This document shows, piece after piece, positions 28,066-38,327 of a stretch of DNA of 64,000 nucleotides. The first letter of the stretch is position 1. Each line of letters starts with the position of its first letter. The notes under the pieces are model-generated. The model was not told the DNA's origin, searched no databases, and saw only the letters and a list, made by a program, of their open reading frames with translations. Both the position numbers and the translations under genes were made by a program. The stretch spans positions 36,829 through 100,828 of the forward strand of contig JAZODG010000007.1 of assembly GCA_045596905.1 (NCBI GenBank), read 5' to 3'. This stretch comes from Clostridia bacterium (lineage in GTDB: Bacteria; Bacillota; Clostridia; Christensenellales; UBA1242).

Positions 28066-29829
28066 TTAATTATTTTTTGCCAAATTTTCAAGCTCTGTTA
28101 AATAAGATTCAAACATATCAAATGCAATATCATAAATTTCATCTGAAAGAACATCAACACCTGCAACTTTAAGAGAAGAAACAGGGTCAACAGAACCACC
28201 TAAAGTCAAGAATTTTCGATAATTACTCAAGCTCTCTCCTGTTTTATCTGAAAGCAATTTTGTTGCAATTGAACATGCACAACAAAGTCCCATTGAATAT
28301 TTGTAAAGATAATAATCTCTATAAATATGTGGTTTTCTACACCAACCAAACTCATAGTTTTTGCAAAGCTTAACACCATCACCAAAATAACTTTCTGCAA
28401 GTTCCTTAAATTTATTTGTGTAGTCCTCTGCTGTTAAAGATTCGCCTTCTTGATGCTTTTCATGAATGAAAAGTTCAAACTCTGCAAGCATGCTTGAATC
28501 AAACACATTGAGCTCAAACAACTGCAAAAATTCAGCCAAAAGCTTCATTTTTTCTTCATTATTTTCAGCATTTTTCAGCAAATATTTATTATATAAAATC
28601 TCATTTGTTAGTGACACAACTTCTGCAACAAACAACGTATAATCATATTTTGGATATGGTTGATTTTGCGCAGAATAATATGAATGCATTGCGTGTCCAA
28701 ATTCGTGAGTCAATGCTGACGCCCACTCTCTTGTTCCATCAAAGTTTAAGAGAATAAATGGGTGCTCTTTGTAAGTTCCTGTGGTATAGCCACCACTTCT
28801 TTTGTTTTCTCTTGGAAAGGCGTCTATCCAGCCATTTTTGACGGCTTCGTCAAATTTTTCAGCGTAATCTTCACCAAGCACAACCAAAGAATCTCTAATA
28901 CCCTTCACTGCTTCTTCGTAAGTGGTCTTTTTGTTGTCTTTATTGAGTATTGCAGTGCTTATATCTGAAGTATAAAACTCATCTAAGCCAAGAATTTGTT
29001 TTTTGACCTTAAAATATCTATGCAACAAATCTTTGTGTGAGCTGACATTTTTTATATTAACCATCATAATGTTTGGCGAAACTTCTTCACCATAACATTT
29101 CATATCCAAAACAGACTTAAAGTTATAAGTTTTTGCCAAATAGTTTTGATATTTTATATGTGACGACAAAAGCCCTGCATAAGTTTGTTTAAGCTTTCCA
29201 TATTCGCCATAATATGCTTCCATAACATCTTTTCTGACTCTTGCACTTGGAGAATTCATGCAAAGATTATAATTTTGTGGACTAAGCTGAATTTCCTTTC
29301 CATCTTCATCAACAAAACTTCCGTGAGCCATTTCAAGATTGCTAAGCACTGCAGAAATCTCATCAGTATTATTAAACGCTGAAATCATCGCAATATTTTG
29401 CTCTTCTTTTTCGGATAATGTGTGTTCTTTATATCTAATAATATCTTCCAAAACCCTGTCATAATCAGCAAATCTTGAATCATTTTTGAGCCCTTTCAAA
29501 AAATCAGTTTCAAGCTTTGAAAGTTCTGTTTTTGAAAATGCCAATTTTTCATTAACTTCTGCAATAAAGTTTTCAACAACGGCATAGTTTTTCACATTGT
29601 CATTATCTTTTCCATTATCGTCTTTTTTGCAAAATGAATAAACTGCAAGCTTTTCAATAATCATTGAAAACTCTGATTCTTTCTTAAAATAATCAATTAT
29701 GGCATCTGCAGACACAAGTTTGCCCTTATATTGTTCCAAAACCACAAGTTTTTCCTTTGCAGCTTCCAAATCTTTCAAAAAATGTTTGTTGTCATTATAA
29801 ATATGTGATAAGTCCCAAGTTTCTCTCAT
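28066..29829 (-). CDS. pepF: Oligoendopeptidase F (M3B family)
   Basis: HEFGHAMH zinc motif. The length and N-terminal region are typical of PepF. Confidence 0.8.
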   Translation of the reverse strand: MRETWDLSHIYNDNKHFLKDLEAAKEKLVVLEQYKGKLVSADAIIDYFKKESEFSMIIEKLAVYSFCKKDDNGKDNDNVKNYAVVENFIAEVNEKLAFSKTELSKLETDFLKGLKNDSRFADYDRVLEDIIRYKEHTLSEKEEQNIAMISAFNNTDEISAVLSNLEMAHGSFVDEDGKEIQLSPQNYNLCMNSPSARVRKDVMEAYYGEYGKLKQTYAGLLSSHIKYQNYLAKTYNFKSVLDMKCYGEEVSPNIMMVNIKNVSSHKDLLHRYFKVKKQILGLDEFYTSDISTAILNKDNKKTTYEEAVKGIRDSLVVLGEDYAEKFDEAVKNGWIDAFPRENKRSGGYTTGTYKEHPFILLNFDGTREWASALTHEFGHAMHSYYSAQNQPYPKYDYTLFVAEVVSLTNEILYNKYLLKNAENNEEKMKLLAEFLQLFELNVFDSSMLAEFELFIHEKHQEGESLTAEDYTNKFKELAESYFGDGVKLCKNYEFGWCRKPHIYRDYYLYKYSMGLCCACSIATKLLSDKTGESLSNYRKFLTLGGSVDPVSSLKVAGVDVLSDEIYDIAFDMFESYLTELENLAKNN

Positions 29830-29905
29830 TTTAATTACCTCTAATAAAGTATATACTCAAATCTCACATAAAGTCAAAATATTAAAAGAAAAAGATAGGA
29901 AAACC

Positions 29906-30133
29906 CTATCCTCTCTTCATTGTTTCATCTTGGTTAAACAGTCTTGTTCTTCTAACAACAAGTTGAATGAACATCCAAATACCTGCAAGTCCGACAATGG
30001 CATAGAGTATTCTAACAAAAACACCCACACCAAACATCCAGCTTAACAGATTCCATGAAAACACACCAACTGTAAACCAATTTAATGCACCAAGCAACAA
30101 AATTGATAGTGCAATAATGTTTGTTATAACCAT
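29906..30133 (-). CDS. DUF378-family small membrane protein
   Basis: ILLLGALNWFTVGVFSWNLLSWMFG is typical of the family. An AGGAG SD is present. Confidence 0.6.
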   Translation of the reverse strand: MVITNIIALSILLLGALNWFTVGVFSWNLLSWMFGVGVFVRILYAIVGLAGIWMFIQLVVRRTRLFNQDETMKRG

Positions 30134-30213
30134 AGTTTTTCTCCTTTAACAATAGTTTTTGCAAAAGTAAGAAAATTATGCATTAAAAAAACGCAGATTT
30201 CTCTGCGTTTTTG

Positions 30214-30540
30214 TTAAATTGTGCCTGAATAAATTTGAGACAAAATCATGAATATCAAGCAAAGAGCCATCATAAGTGAAGCAACAACAATTGTCATCAC
30301 CTTGATTTTACCTTGCAAAGTTGATTTTTTATTTCTACTATAAAATGTATCTGATTGACCTGTCAAAGCTGATGAACCATTGTTATTGCTCTTTTGCATA
30401 AGAACCAAAATAATCATCATGATTGACAATAACATAAGAACGCACATAATAACGATTCTTATGATTGGGAATGAATTAACAATCCAATCTGCTCTTGATA
30501 CGTTTTCATCTGCACATAGTAAAGCATAGATATTTAACAT
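30214..30540 (-). CDS. secG: Preprotein translocase subunit SecG (with N-terminal extension)
   Basis: IILVLMQKSNNNGSSALTGQSDTFYSRNKKSTLQGKIKVMTIVVASLMMAL aligns with the SecG core (VLLQ...G...FG...). It sits downstream of tpiA, as in many Firmicutes. A GGAGGA SD precedes the ATG at 30540. Confidence 0.65.
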   Translation of the reverse strand: MLNIYALLCADENVSRADWIVNSFPIIRIVIMCVLMLLSIMMIILVLMQKSNNNGSSALTGQSDTFYSRNKKSTLQGKIKVMTIVVASLMMALCLIFMILSQIYSGTI

Positions 30541-30592
30541 AAATCCTCCAAAAACTACGGAAATTATATCACATAGCATTTAATATTTCAAG

Positions 30593-30826
30593 TTATTTAT
30601 AAAATTTGCTAAGAAAAAATAGCACAAGGAAAACAATAATGAAAACCCCTATCAAAATCTTCTTTAAGTATCCTTTTGTTGAGATGAGTTTTCCTTTTGA
30701 AAATGCATCAAGCACCAACACCCCAATAAAGAACCCAAAAAAGATTAAGCCATAACGGGTAATACTTTTTTCTTGAGCAGTTTGAGCCAATAACAACATT
30801 TGAAACAATTCTGACAACATAATCAT
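30593..30826 (-). CDS. Small two-TM membrane protein, unknown function
   Basis: 77-aa ORF with two hydrophobic segments, located between tpiA and secG. Confidence 0.4.
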   Translation of the reverse strand: MIMLSELFQMLLLAQTAQEKSITRYGLIFFGFFIGVLVLDAFSKGKLISTKGYLKKILIGVFIIVFLVLFFLSKFYK

Positions 30827-30831
30827 TTACC

Positions 30832-31548
30832 CTATCTACTTTGAGCAATAGCAATATAGTCTTCAGCCTTAAGACTAGCACCACCAATCAAAACGCCGTC
30901 AACTTCATCTAAAGCCAAGATTTCTTTGCTGTTTTGTGGTTTAACACTTCCACCATACAAAACAGGCATATCAACTGAAAAGTTTTCTTTGAAGGTTTCT
31001 TTAACAAAAGCGTGAACCTTTTTAATATCAGCAGTTGTAGCAACCTTGCCTGTACCAATAGCCCAAACAGGTTCATAAGCAACAATGATATTTGCAAAGT
31101 CTGAAATACCTGCAAAACCTTCAACGATTTGCTTTTTTAATACTGACTTATATTTTGTCTTTTCTTCCAAAACTTCGCCAATACAAAAGATAACTTTCAA
31201 ACCATTTTTGAGTGCAGCAACAAGCTTTTTGTTGAGCATTTCATTTGTTTCACCAAAAAGTTGTCTTCTTTCGCTATGTCCAACAAGAACATAGTTTGCA
31301 CCAGTGCTTTTTACCATACTTGCAGAAATTTCGCCTGTATAAGCGCCTTTTTCTTCAAAATAACAGTTTTGAGCACCTGTTTCAACAATACCTTTTGCTT
31401 GTTTTGCAAATTCATTAAGCATAACTGAAGGAACGCAAACAACAAGGTTGTTTTTATTCTTTTGATTTTTCTTCACATACTTAACAAATGGCTTAATATC
31501 TGAAAAGCTATTGTTCATTTTCCAATTCGCAGCAATAATTTTATCCAT
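30832..31548 (-). CDS. tpiA: Triosephosphate isomerase
   Basis: AANWKMN, VLVGHSERR and AYEPVWAIGTGK. Confidence 0.95.
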   Translation of the reverse strand: MDKIIAANWKMNNSFSDIKPFVKYVKKNQKNKNNLVVCVPSVMLNEFAKQAKGIVETGAQNCYFEEKGAYTGEISASMVKSTGANYVLVGHSERRQLFGETNEMLNKKLVAALKNGLKVIFCIGEVLEEKTKYKSVLKKQIVEGFAGISDFANIIVAYEPVWAIGTGKVATTADIKKVHAFVKETFKENFSVDMPVLYGGSVKPQNSKEILALDEVDGVLIGGASLKAEDYIAIAQSR

Positions 31549-31555
31549 AAATCAC

Positions 31556-32890
31556 CTATTTCTTTGTTTTTGCTCTAGATTTAACAACTGGCTTTGATTT
31601 TGCTTCTTCTTTTTTAGCAGAATCAGCCTTTTTTGTTGTTTTTGCTTTATTGATTGTTCTCAAATCAATTGCACTAAAGTCCATTGAAGAAGTTTTCTTT
31701 GTGTCTTTATCTTCAAGCATTGCTACACCTGGAAGATCCTTTCCTTCCAAGAATTCAAGAGTAGCACCACCACCTGTTGAAAGGTGTGAAACTTTGTTTG
31801 CATAACCAAGTTGTTGAAGTGCAGCAGCAGAGTCACCACCACCAACAACTGAAACAGCTCCTGATTTTGCAACAGCTTTTGCAATTGAAAGTGTACCTTT
31901 GCTGAACTTTTTAAATTCAAACACACCCATAGGTCCATTCCAAATGATTGTTTTTGCGTTTGCAATTTCATTTGCATAGAGTTTTCTTGTTTTCTTGCCG
32001 ATATCCATTGCTTGATATCCATCAAGAATCTTGTCAGCTGCAAAACATTTACGCTTAGCATCTGGAGCAAATTCGCTTCCACACAAAACGTCTACTGGCA
32101 AAATCAAGTTAACATTAAGTTTTTCAGCTTGTTCCATGAGTTCTTTTGCAACATCAATTCTATCAGCTTCATATTTAGAGAAACCAACGTTGTGTCCTTT
32201 TGCAGCAAGGAATGTGTTTGCCATTGCCCCACCAATCAAGATTGTGTTGGCTTTTGTCATAAGTTTTGAGATAACATTGATTTTATCTGAAACTTTTGCA
32301 CCACCAAGAATAACAACAAGTGGTTTTTCAGCATTTTCAACAGCGTTTGAAAGCGCACTGATTTCACTATCCATCAAAAATCCTGCAACTGCTGGCAAGT
32401 ATCTTGCAATACCTGCAGTTGAAGCATGTGCTCTGTGAGCTGTTCCAAATGCATCGTTAACAAAAATATCAGCCAAGCTTGCAAGTTCTTTTGCAAAAAC
32501 ATCTTCGTTCTTTTCTTCTTCAGAATGGAAACGAACGTTTTCAAGCAAAACAATTTCGCCATCTTTCATATTTTTTGTGAGTTCTTTTGCGCTTGGTCCA
32601 ATAACGTCTTCAGCCATTGCAACTGGAAGATTGATAAGTTCAGACAATCTTTCAGCTACTGGAGCAAGTGAATATTTTTCATTAACTACACCCTTTGGAC
32701 GACCAAGGTGAGAACAGAGAATAACTCTAGCGTTTTGCTTAACCAAATAGTTGATTGTTGGCAAAGCAGCTCTGATTCTAGTGTCATCAGTAATCTTTCC
32801 TGTTGTATCATCTTGTGGAACGTTAAAATCTACACGGACAAAAACTCTCTTGCCCGAAACATCAATATCTTTAAAAGTTTTCTTTTTCAT
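31556..32890 (-). CDS. pgk: Phosphoglycerate kinase with a 51-aa Lys-rich C-terminal extension
   Basis: RVDFNVP, the GGGDSAAA-like motif and [25 protein letters not shown] mark the canonical PGK end. A tail follows: [10 protein letters not shown]...[24 protein letters not shown]. The start is at MKKKTF after an AGGTG SD. Confidence 0.9.
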   Translation of the reverse strand: MKKKTFKDIDVSGKRVFVRVDFNVPQDDTTGKITDDTRIRAALPTINYLVKQNARVILCSHLGRPKGVVNEKYSLAPVAERLSELINLPVAMAEDVIGPSAKELTKNMKDGEIVLLENVRFHSEEEKNEDVFAKELASLADIFVNDAFGTAHRAHASTAGIARYLPAVAGFLMDSEISALSNAVENAEKPLVVILGGAKVSDKINVISKLMTKANTILIGGAMANTFLAAKGHNVGFSKYEADRIDVAKELMEQAEKLNVNLILPVDVLCGSEFAPDAKRKCFAADKILDGYQAMDIGKKTRKLYANEIANAKTIIWNGPMGVFEFKKFSKGTLSIAKAVAKSGAVSVVGGGDSAAALQQLGYANKVSHLSTGGGATLEFLEGKDLPGVAMLEDKDTKKTSSMDFSAIDLRTINKAKTTKKADSAKKEEAKSKPVVKSRAKTKK

Positions 32891-32994
32891 AAAACTTACA
32901 CCTCTATAAAATTCTATGTGCCTAATATAACACATAAATATTATATATAAAATAAATATGGACTGTCAATCATAACAGCCCATATTTACACAAA

Positions 32995-33930
32995 TTACAC
33001 GATTATTTTTGTTAAAAATTCAATAATTTCGCCATAATTTTCCATTTTTAGAACAGAAACAAGTGCACTGGTGTTTTTATACTTTCCAGACAAATACCCT
33101 GCAAGGTGCGAACGCATATATTTCACAACATATTTTTCAGGATAAAACTGCATAAGTGTTTCATAGTGATATCTAATTTGATTTAGCTTTTCAACAGTAA
33201 AATCTATACCTAACATTTCAGAAAATACTTCTGGTTTTCCAACTGCTCCCCTGCCAATAGCAATACCATCAGCACCAGTAATTTTCATAATATTGTCATA
33301 GTCTTCTTTGGTTTTGCAATCACCATTTGCAAACACTGGAATATTAACGGCTTCTTTAACTTGTTTTATCACGTCATAATCGACTTTTCCTGCATAGCCT
33401 TGACTTGTGGTTCTTCCGTGAACAGTGATTGCTGCAGCACCTGCACTTTCACACATTTTAGCAAACTCAACAGCGATAATCTTGTCTTCATAATAACCGA
33501 TTCTAAACTTCACAGTAATCGGCTTATCTGTCGCCTGCACACACGCTTCAATAATCTCTCTTGCAAGGTCGATATTGTTAAGAAGTGCCGACCCATCAAA
33601 ATTTGATATAATTTTCCTTGCTGGACACCCCATGTTAATATCAATAACATCAAACTTATCAAGTAGTGGATTTTTTACAGCTTCAGCCATAATATCTGGC
33701 TCATGTCCAAACAACTGAACTGCCGTTGGCCTGTCTGAATCAAAAGATGCAAGCAACTCTTCTGTCTTCTTGTTTTTATAATGCAAAGCCTTGCTGCTAA
33801 TCATTTCAGTGCAAACCAAACCTGCACCATATTCTAGACACATATGTCTAAAAGCCACATCAGTATATCCTGCCATTGGCGCCAATATTAAATTTGATTT
33901 CAACTCAACATTTTTAATAAAAATACTCAT
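32995..33930 (-). CDS. dusB: tRNA-dihydrouridine synthase
   Basis: LILAPMAGYTDVAFRHMC, the DINMGCP motif and TIM-barrel Dus family features. Confidence 0.85.
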   Translation of the reverse strand: MSIFIKNVELKSNLILAPMAGYTDVAFRHMCLEYGAGLVCTEMISSKALHYKNKKTEELLASFDSDRPTAVQLFGHEPDIMAEAVKNPLLDKFDVIDINMGCPARKIISNFDGSALLNNIDLAREIIEACVQATDKPITVKFRIGYYEDKIIAVEFAKMCESAGAAAITVHGRTTSQGYAGKVDYDVIKQVKEAVNIPVFANGDCKTKEDYDNIMKITGADGIAIGRGAVGKPEVFSEMLGIDFTVEKLNQIRYHYETLMQFYPEKYVVKYMRSHLAGYLSGKYKNTSALVSVLKMENYGEIIEFLTKIIV

Positions 33931-33936
33931 GCACTT

Positions 33937-33965
33937 ATTTTAGCAAACTTTTCTCAATTAATCAA
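33937..33965 (-). promoter_or_regulatory. Putative promoter (TTGATT-17-TAAAAT) ending 6 nt upstream of the dusB ATG
   Basis: Read directly. The -35 overlaps the stop codon of the upstream flippase gene. There is no SD. Confidence 0.45.
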
Positions 33966-35524
33966 GTTGAATGCAATTTGGTTTTTTCTTTCACAACAAA
34001 CAATAAATAATAGCTCAAAACAAAGCACAAAACTGCAACCATTCCACCAACAAACAACGCCACCGTTTCATTAGCAAATATGCCAACTATTATATTGCTA
34101 GCAAACGCCACCAAACACACTAAACATTCCTGCACAGCAACTCCCAAATAAACGTTTGAAATACGGGCTGTGGTTCTCTTTTTTATTTCAGTATAGTTCA
34201 TTGAAAATACAGTGAAATATGACACCCCACCAGAAAGCATAACACCATAAATATTAATCTTCGGATACCCCACCAAAACAACAGTTAACACAATCTTAAT
34301 CACTGCACCAACAACGATAGATTTTGCTGTGTTTTTTTGACCACCAAGCCCTTGCAACGCCCCTGCAGAAATTTGAACAAGCGACAAAAATATCAAGTTA
34401 ATACAACCCAAAAACAACAAAATTGTCGCCACTTTTAACTCTTCAAATGAAAGCGTTTTATAATACAAAAAACTTAAAATTTGTTTTCCAAAAACAACAA
34501 AACAAACAGCGCACGCAAGAGTCACACACAAGGTTATTTGAAAAGACTTTTCTATTAGGTGTTTAACTTCCATTTCATTTTTCCTCACGCTTGCAGCACT
34601 TATGTTTGGCAACACTGAAGCAGAGATTGCAACGGCAATAATAATTGGAATATTAATAATCGGGTCAACCACACCAAATTGCAAACCAAACAAAGACGTC
34701 GCATTCGCACTTGATAGTCCAATTTTCATAAGCAAATTCACAACAAGAACACTATCAATAATTGAAACAATAGGATATGCTAAGCCACCAAAAGTTATGG
34801 GCAAAGCAACTGATAAAAGCTGTTTTGATAAATATCTATATCCATATTGTGCTGTTTGATTCCCTTTGTGTTTCTTTCTTGACAACAAATAATAAACAAA
34901 CAACACAAGCATAGCAATGAGTTCACTTGCAGATATTCCAACAACTGCACCAAGCACACCAAAACTTACACCAAATGGCAATAATTTTTTTGCAAAATAA
35001 AGTCCAAAAACCAATTTTCCAACCTGCTCAATCACTCCAGAAATGGCAGTTGGAATCATATTGAGATTACCCTGAAAATAGCCCCTTAAAACCGAAAGCA
35101 CTCCAACAAACACAATTGCAGGAGCAATGCCATAATAGCAAATATAAATATTAAAATTTCCCTGCAATCTGGCAATATATTTTGCCAAAACAACCACCAA
35201 GGCTAAACAGATGCCGGATATAACAATCAAATATAATAAAGCAGACCTTAAAAGCCGATGAGAATCTTTAAATCTGCCCTGCGAATTATATTCAGAAACA
35301 AGTTTTGACATGGCAACGGGAATGCCAGAAGTTGACACCGACAATAAGAAAGAATAAAAAGGAAATATCAACTGATATTCCCCCATTCCCTGAAGTCCAA
35401 GCAAGTTTGCAAGGGGGATTCTGTACACTGCGCCAATAACCTTCCCAATAAGGTTAAACACAATCAAAATAATCGCACCCTTAACAAATTTATTGTTCAT
35501 GTTTTTAGTATGTGATACTTGCAA
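33962..35524 (-). CDS. MOP-superfamily flippase (MurJ/Wzx/SpoVB-like polysaccharide or lipid II flippase)
   Basis: About 14 TM segments. The N-terminal GAIILIVFNLIGKVIGAVYRIPLANLLG is typical of SpoVB/YabM-type proteins. The start is uncertain: TTG at 35524 or ATG at 35500. Confidence 0.65.
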   Translation of the reverse strand: MQVSHTKNMNNKFVKGAIILIVFNLIGKVIGAVYRIPLANLLGLQGMGEYQLIFPFYSFLLSVSTSGIPVAMSKLVSEYNSQGRFKDSHRLLRSALLYLIVISGICLALVVVLAKYIARLQGNFNIYICYYGIAPAIVFVGVLSVLRGYFQGNLNMIPTAISGVIEQVGKLVFGLYFAKKLLPFGVSFGVLGAVVGISASELIAMLVLFVYYLLSRKKHKGNQTAQYGYRYLSKQLLSVALPITFGGLAYPIVSIIDSVLVVNLLMKIGLSSANATSLFGLQFGVVDPIINIPIIIAVAISASVLPNISAASVRKNEMEVKHLIEKSFQITLCVTLACAVCFVVFGKQILSFLYYKTLSFEELKVATILLFLGCINLIFLSLVQISAGALQGLGGQKNTAKSIVVGAVIKIVLTVVLVGYPKINIYGVMLSGGVSYFTVFSMNYTEIKKRTTARISNVYLGVAVQECLVCLVAFASNIIVGIFANETVALFVGGMVAVLCFVLSYYLLFVVKEKTKLHST

Positions 35525-35533
35525 AATATAATA

Positions 35534-36127
35534 CTAAATTGCACTAAATTCAATGTCAAAACTAATCTTTGCCCCTTCAAGTTCGTCGCTTGCAAAAGCA
35601 CCCAGCCAAATTAAAAATGTAATCTTTTCGGTTTTTGAAGAGTCCAAAAACCTTGAAAGTTCAACTTCATTTTCTTCAAGGGACTTTGTTGAATCTTTCA
35701 CATCTTTAATGGATACAAAAATATTCTTTCTTTCGTCCAAAATTATATTTGCATCATGAGAAGAATCTATCACAATATTCTTAATAACCACCCTAAAATT
35801 AACCTGTGATTTCACAAACACAGTTGCATAATAACCCTCACTTGTCCCCTGGTCGGTTATTGTTGACGGAATCTGAGTTTCAGAATCAACGTCGCCAGTT
35901 GCAGGCTTCAATCCAAGCTCCATGCTTGACAGCTTCAGTTTGTCAGCATTTTGTGTAAGTTTTTCATCATAAAAAACTCCGACCCCGTCTGACGCAATCA
36001 CATTCACAGCTGTCACAAGCACTTTTGTTTTGCTATAAACAAAGGTTGAAAAACTGGCACCAATAACTGAAAATATCAACGCTAAATATAATATAAGAAT
36101 AGTTGCAGATACAGATTTTTTATTCAT
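35534..36127 (-). CDS. Secreted or membrane-anchored hypothetical protein (weak resemblance to camelysin/TasA-type proteins)
   Basis: N-terminal hydrophobic segment ending IGASFSTFV, and a C-terminal ...ELEGAKISFDIEFSAI reminiscent of the camelysin-family C-terminus. A GGGTGA SD is present. Confidence 0.25.
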   Translation of the reverse strand: MNKKSVSATILILYLALIFSVIGASFSTFVYSKTKVLVTAVNVIASDGVGVFYDEKLTQNADKLKLSSMELGLKPATGDVDSETQIPSTITDQGTSEGYYATVFVKSQVNFRVVIKNIVIDSSHDANIILDERKNIFVSIKDVKDSTKSLEENEVELSRFLDSSKTEKITFLIWLGAFASDELEGAKISFDIEFSAI

Positions 36128-36211
36128 AAGTCACCCATAGATAATATTGGACAACTATTCAAAAAATTAAACACACAAAAAGGAGTGAAATTCACTCCTT
36201 TTAAATCATTA

Positions 36212-36400
36212 TTATCTTCTCATATCTCTTGCATATTTCCAGATGATGAATGAAGAAATCAAAACAAGCACAACAGTAGCAACTGAAAGCCACAAAACAG
36301 TTGTGTTATACTTTGACACGAACACGCAAGCAACAGAAATAGCAATGAGCAAAATATTAATAATAAATGTAATTAATAAAGTTCTTCTTGAAACGTCCAT
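36212..36400 (-). CDS. Small two-TM membrane protein
   Basis: 62 aa, with a GGTGG SD and a strong downstream terminator (aaaaggagtga-attt-cactcctttt, about 36180-36206). Confidence 0.45.
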   Translation of the reverse strand: MDVSRRTLLITFIINILLIAISVACVFVSKYNTTVLWLSVATVVLVLISSFIIWKYARDMRR

Positions 36401-36479
36401 AAGTAAACCACCTTATATATTTTATATGATTATTCTATCATATAAATAATTATATTTCTATACTTTTGGAAAAATTCCT

Positions 36480-36743
36480 TTAATTTTTTAATTTATAAAT
36501 TGTTCTTCCAGCATCAAGATTAATTTTTTCAATAACATTTTCATGCTGAAATTCTTTTCTAACAAGGTTTTTTATTGTTGTTCCACCATGATAACCATGC
36601 ACCACAACCAAGCATTTAATGTCTGCATCATACGCATTCATTTCATATAACAGCTGTATCTTTGCATCTTCTTTGGTCATTTCATGCAAATCAACAACCT
36701 TATATTTTCCGTAATAATACTCAATAAACTTATCAGGAACCAT
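36480..36743 (-). CDS. Stand-alone Smr (small MutS-related) domain protein
   Basis: VVDLHEMTKEDAKIQL...CLVVVHGYHGGTTIKNLVRKEF follows the Smr pattern (DLHG...IIHGKG...). Its ATG overlaps the stop of the upstream 484-aa gene (TAATG). Confidence 0.5.
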   Translation of the reverse strand: MVPDKFIEYYYGKYKVVDLHEMTKEDAKIQLLYEMNAYDADIKCLVVVHGYHGGTTIKNLVRKEFQHENVIEKINLDAGRTIYKLKN

Positions 36744-38197
36744 TACGCACCAAATCCCACAACATTTCCGTCTGTATCACAAACTTCATTTGCATATTTT
36801 GTTCTCAAATCCCAATACTTGTATGTATAGATTTTTGATTCAGCGTCATAGCTATAAAATTGTTCAACATTTGCATCATTAAGTTCAAAATACTTGAAAG
36901 CAAAGTCAAACTCAAATGAATAGTTTTTAAGTGAAACTTTCACAACATAATCATTATATCCACTGCCTGAATCAACAAAATAATTGCTGGTTGACAAATT
37001 CATAATATAATAATTATCCATTGGAGCAAGTGAGCAGAAGCTTTCGTCACTCATAACAAAGTCTGCATTTTCACCATTAACCAAATATTCAACTTTGCCG
37101 TTGGTGTAAACTGTTCTAAATCTTACATAGAGTTTGCTAACCTTGTTTGTAAAGTTAACGTTATATGTTGCCTGTTCACCACGTGCAGCCAAATAATTTT
37201 CAGCCTTTTCAGCTGACAAATATTCATCTAAAAGTGATGGATTTGCAAGGATTTGTTCGTTTGTATAAGACGAAATATCAATCTTTGATGAACTTGTGAA
37301 AACATATCCTTCATCAAAGTCTGGTGAGCCTGAAACTTCAACCTGCAAAAACTCAGGAATTTCTAGGAACACAAACACAGATACGATATAACTGTCTTGA
37401 ATAATAATTTTTCCATCTTTGCCGTACACAAAAGATTGCAAAACAATGGTTGAGTTAATGTTTTCTGTCAAGGCATCTTCAGGAACTTTGCAGTTAACAA
37501 TAAGCTCACGATTAAGTGAATCGATTTTAACACTTGAGAACACATCTGTATCAAGGTTTGATTCATCAATACGTATCAAGTCGCCATCAATCTTTTCAAT
37601 ATCATCTGAGCCTGCTGCATCTTGAAGAGTATAAGAATATCTATAATCTAAACCGTCAGCATATCCAACAATTGAGTTTGGAAACAAGTTAACATATTCT
37701 TCACCATAATATGCGTTATCAAAAACTTGAAACTCACTTGGAACGCTATCAATTATTTTTAAAACAAAGCTGTCTTCCACCCCACCAACCCCGGTTGTAA
37801 TGGTAACAAGCCCTTCTTTTAAATACTTAACATAACATTTGCCATCAAGCAAAACAACCTTTGCAACGGTTGGGTCTGAAGACTTGATGCTAACATCTGT
37901 TGTATTTGTTGATGTTGCTGCATAAACAGCTATTGGAAACAAGTTGTTTGCTTCACTGTTCATGTAAACTGTTGTGCTTTTTATTGTAACTAAATCATCA
38001 ACTTCCATTGATTCGCCCTTAATATCAGGCTCAGTATAAATATAACCTTTAAGGTCTTCAACCGGCTGAACAAAACGAACGTCATAAATATAGTAGGTTT
38101 TATTCTTGTTAATGATAATAAAACCACTCATTGCAATGACGATCAAGGCTGTCAAGCCACCCATAAACAATAACAATAATTTGAAAGTATTTTTCAT
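36743..38197 (-). CDS. Membrane-anchored surface protein with a Big_2-type Ig-like domain
   Basis: N-terminal TM segment. KSSDPTVAKVVLLDGKCYVKYLKEGLVTITTG is a classic Big_2 signature. The remainder is beta-rich with no family recognised. Confidence 0.5.
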   Translation of the reverse strand: MKNTFKLLLLFMGGLTALIVIAMSGFIIINKNKTYYIYDVRFVQPVEDLKGYIYTEPDIKGESMEVDDLVTIKSTTVYMNSEANNLFPIAVYAATSTNTTDVSIKSSDPTVAKVVLLDGKCYVKYLKEGLVTITTGVGGVEDSFVLKIIDSVPSEFQVFDNAYYGEEYVNLFPNSIVGYADGLDYRYSYTLQDAAGSDDIEKIDGDLIRIDESNLDTDVFSSVKIDSLNRELIVNCKVPEDALTENINSTIVLQSFVYGKDGKIIIQDSYIVSVFVFLEIPEFLQVEVSGSPDFDEGYVFTSSSKIDISSYTNEQILANPSLLDEYLSAEKAENYLAARGEQATYNVNFTNKVSKLYVRFRTVYTNGKVEYLVNGENADFVMSDESFCSLAPMDNYYIMNLSTSNYFVDSGSGYNDYVVKVSLKNYSFEFDFAFKYFELNDANVEQFYSYDAESKIYTYKYWDLRTKYANEVCDTDGNVVGFGA

Positions 38198-38327
38198 AAA
38201 TCCTTCCCTATATTATAATACATAATAAATATATAATATTTATTCATGGTGTGTCAAACAAAATAAGGAACTGAAAAACAAAAAAGAGAAGTGAGTGTTC
38301 ACTTCCCTTTTTACTTTTTAATTTGTA

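Noticed and set aside
32031-32438. 135-aa plus-strand ORF antisense to pgk, and a similar 119-aa ORF at 18992-19351 antisense to the FAD-protein gene
   Set aside because: These are shadow ORFs opposite strongly supported genes, with Ser/Ala/Leu-rich low-complexity products and no translation signals.
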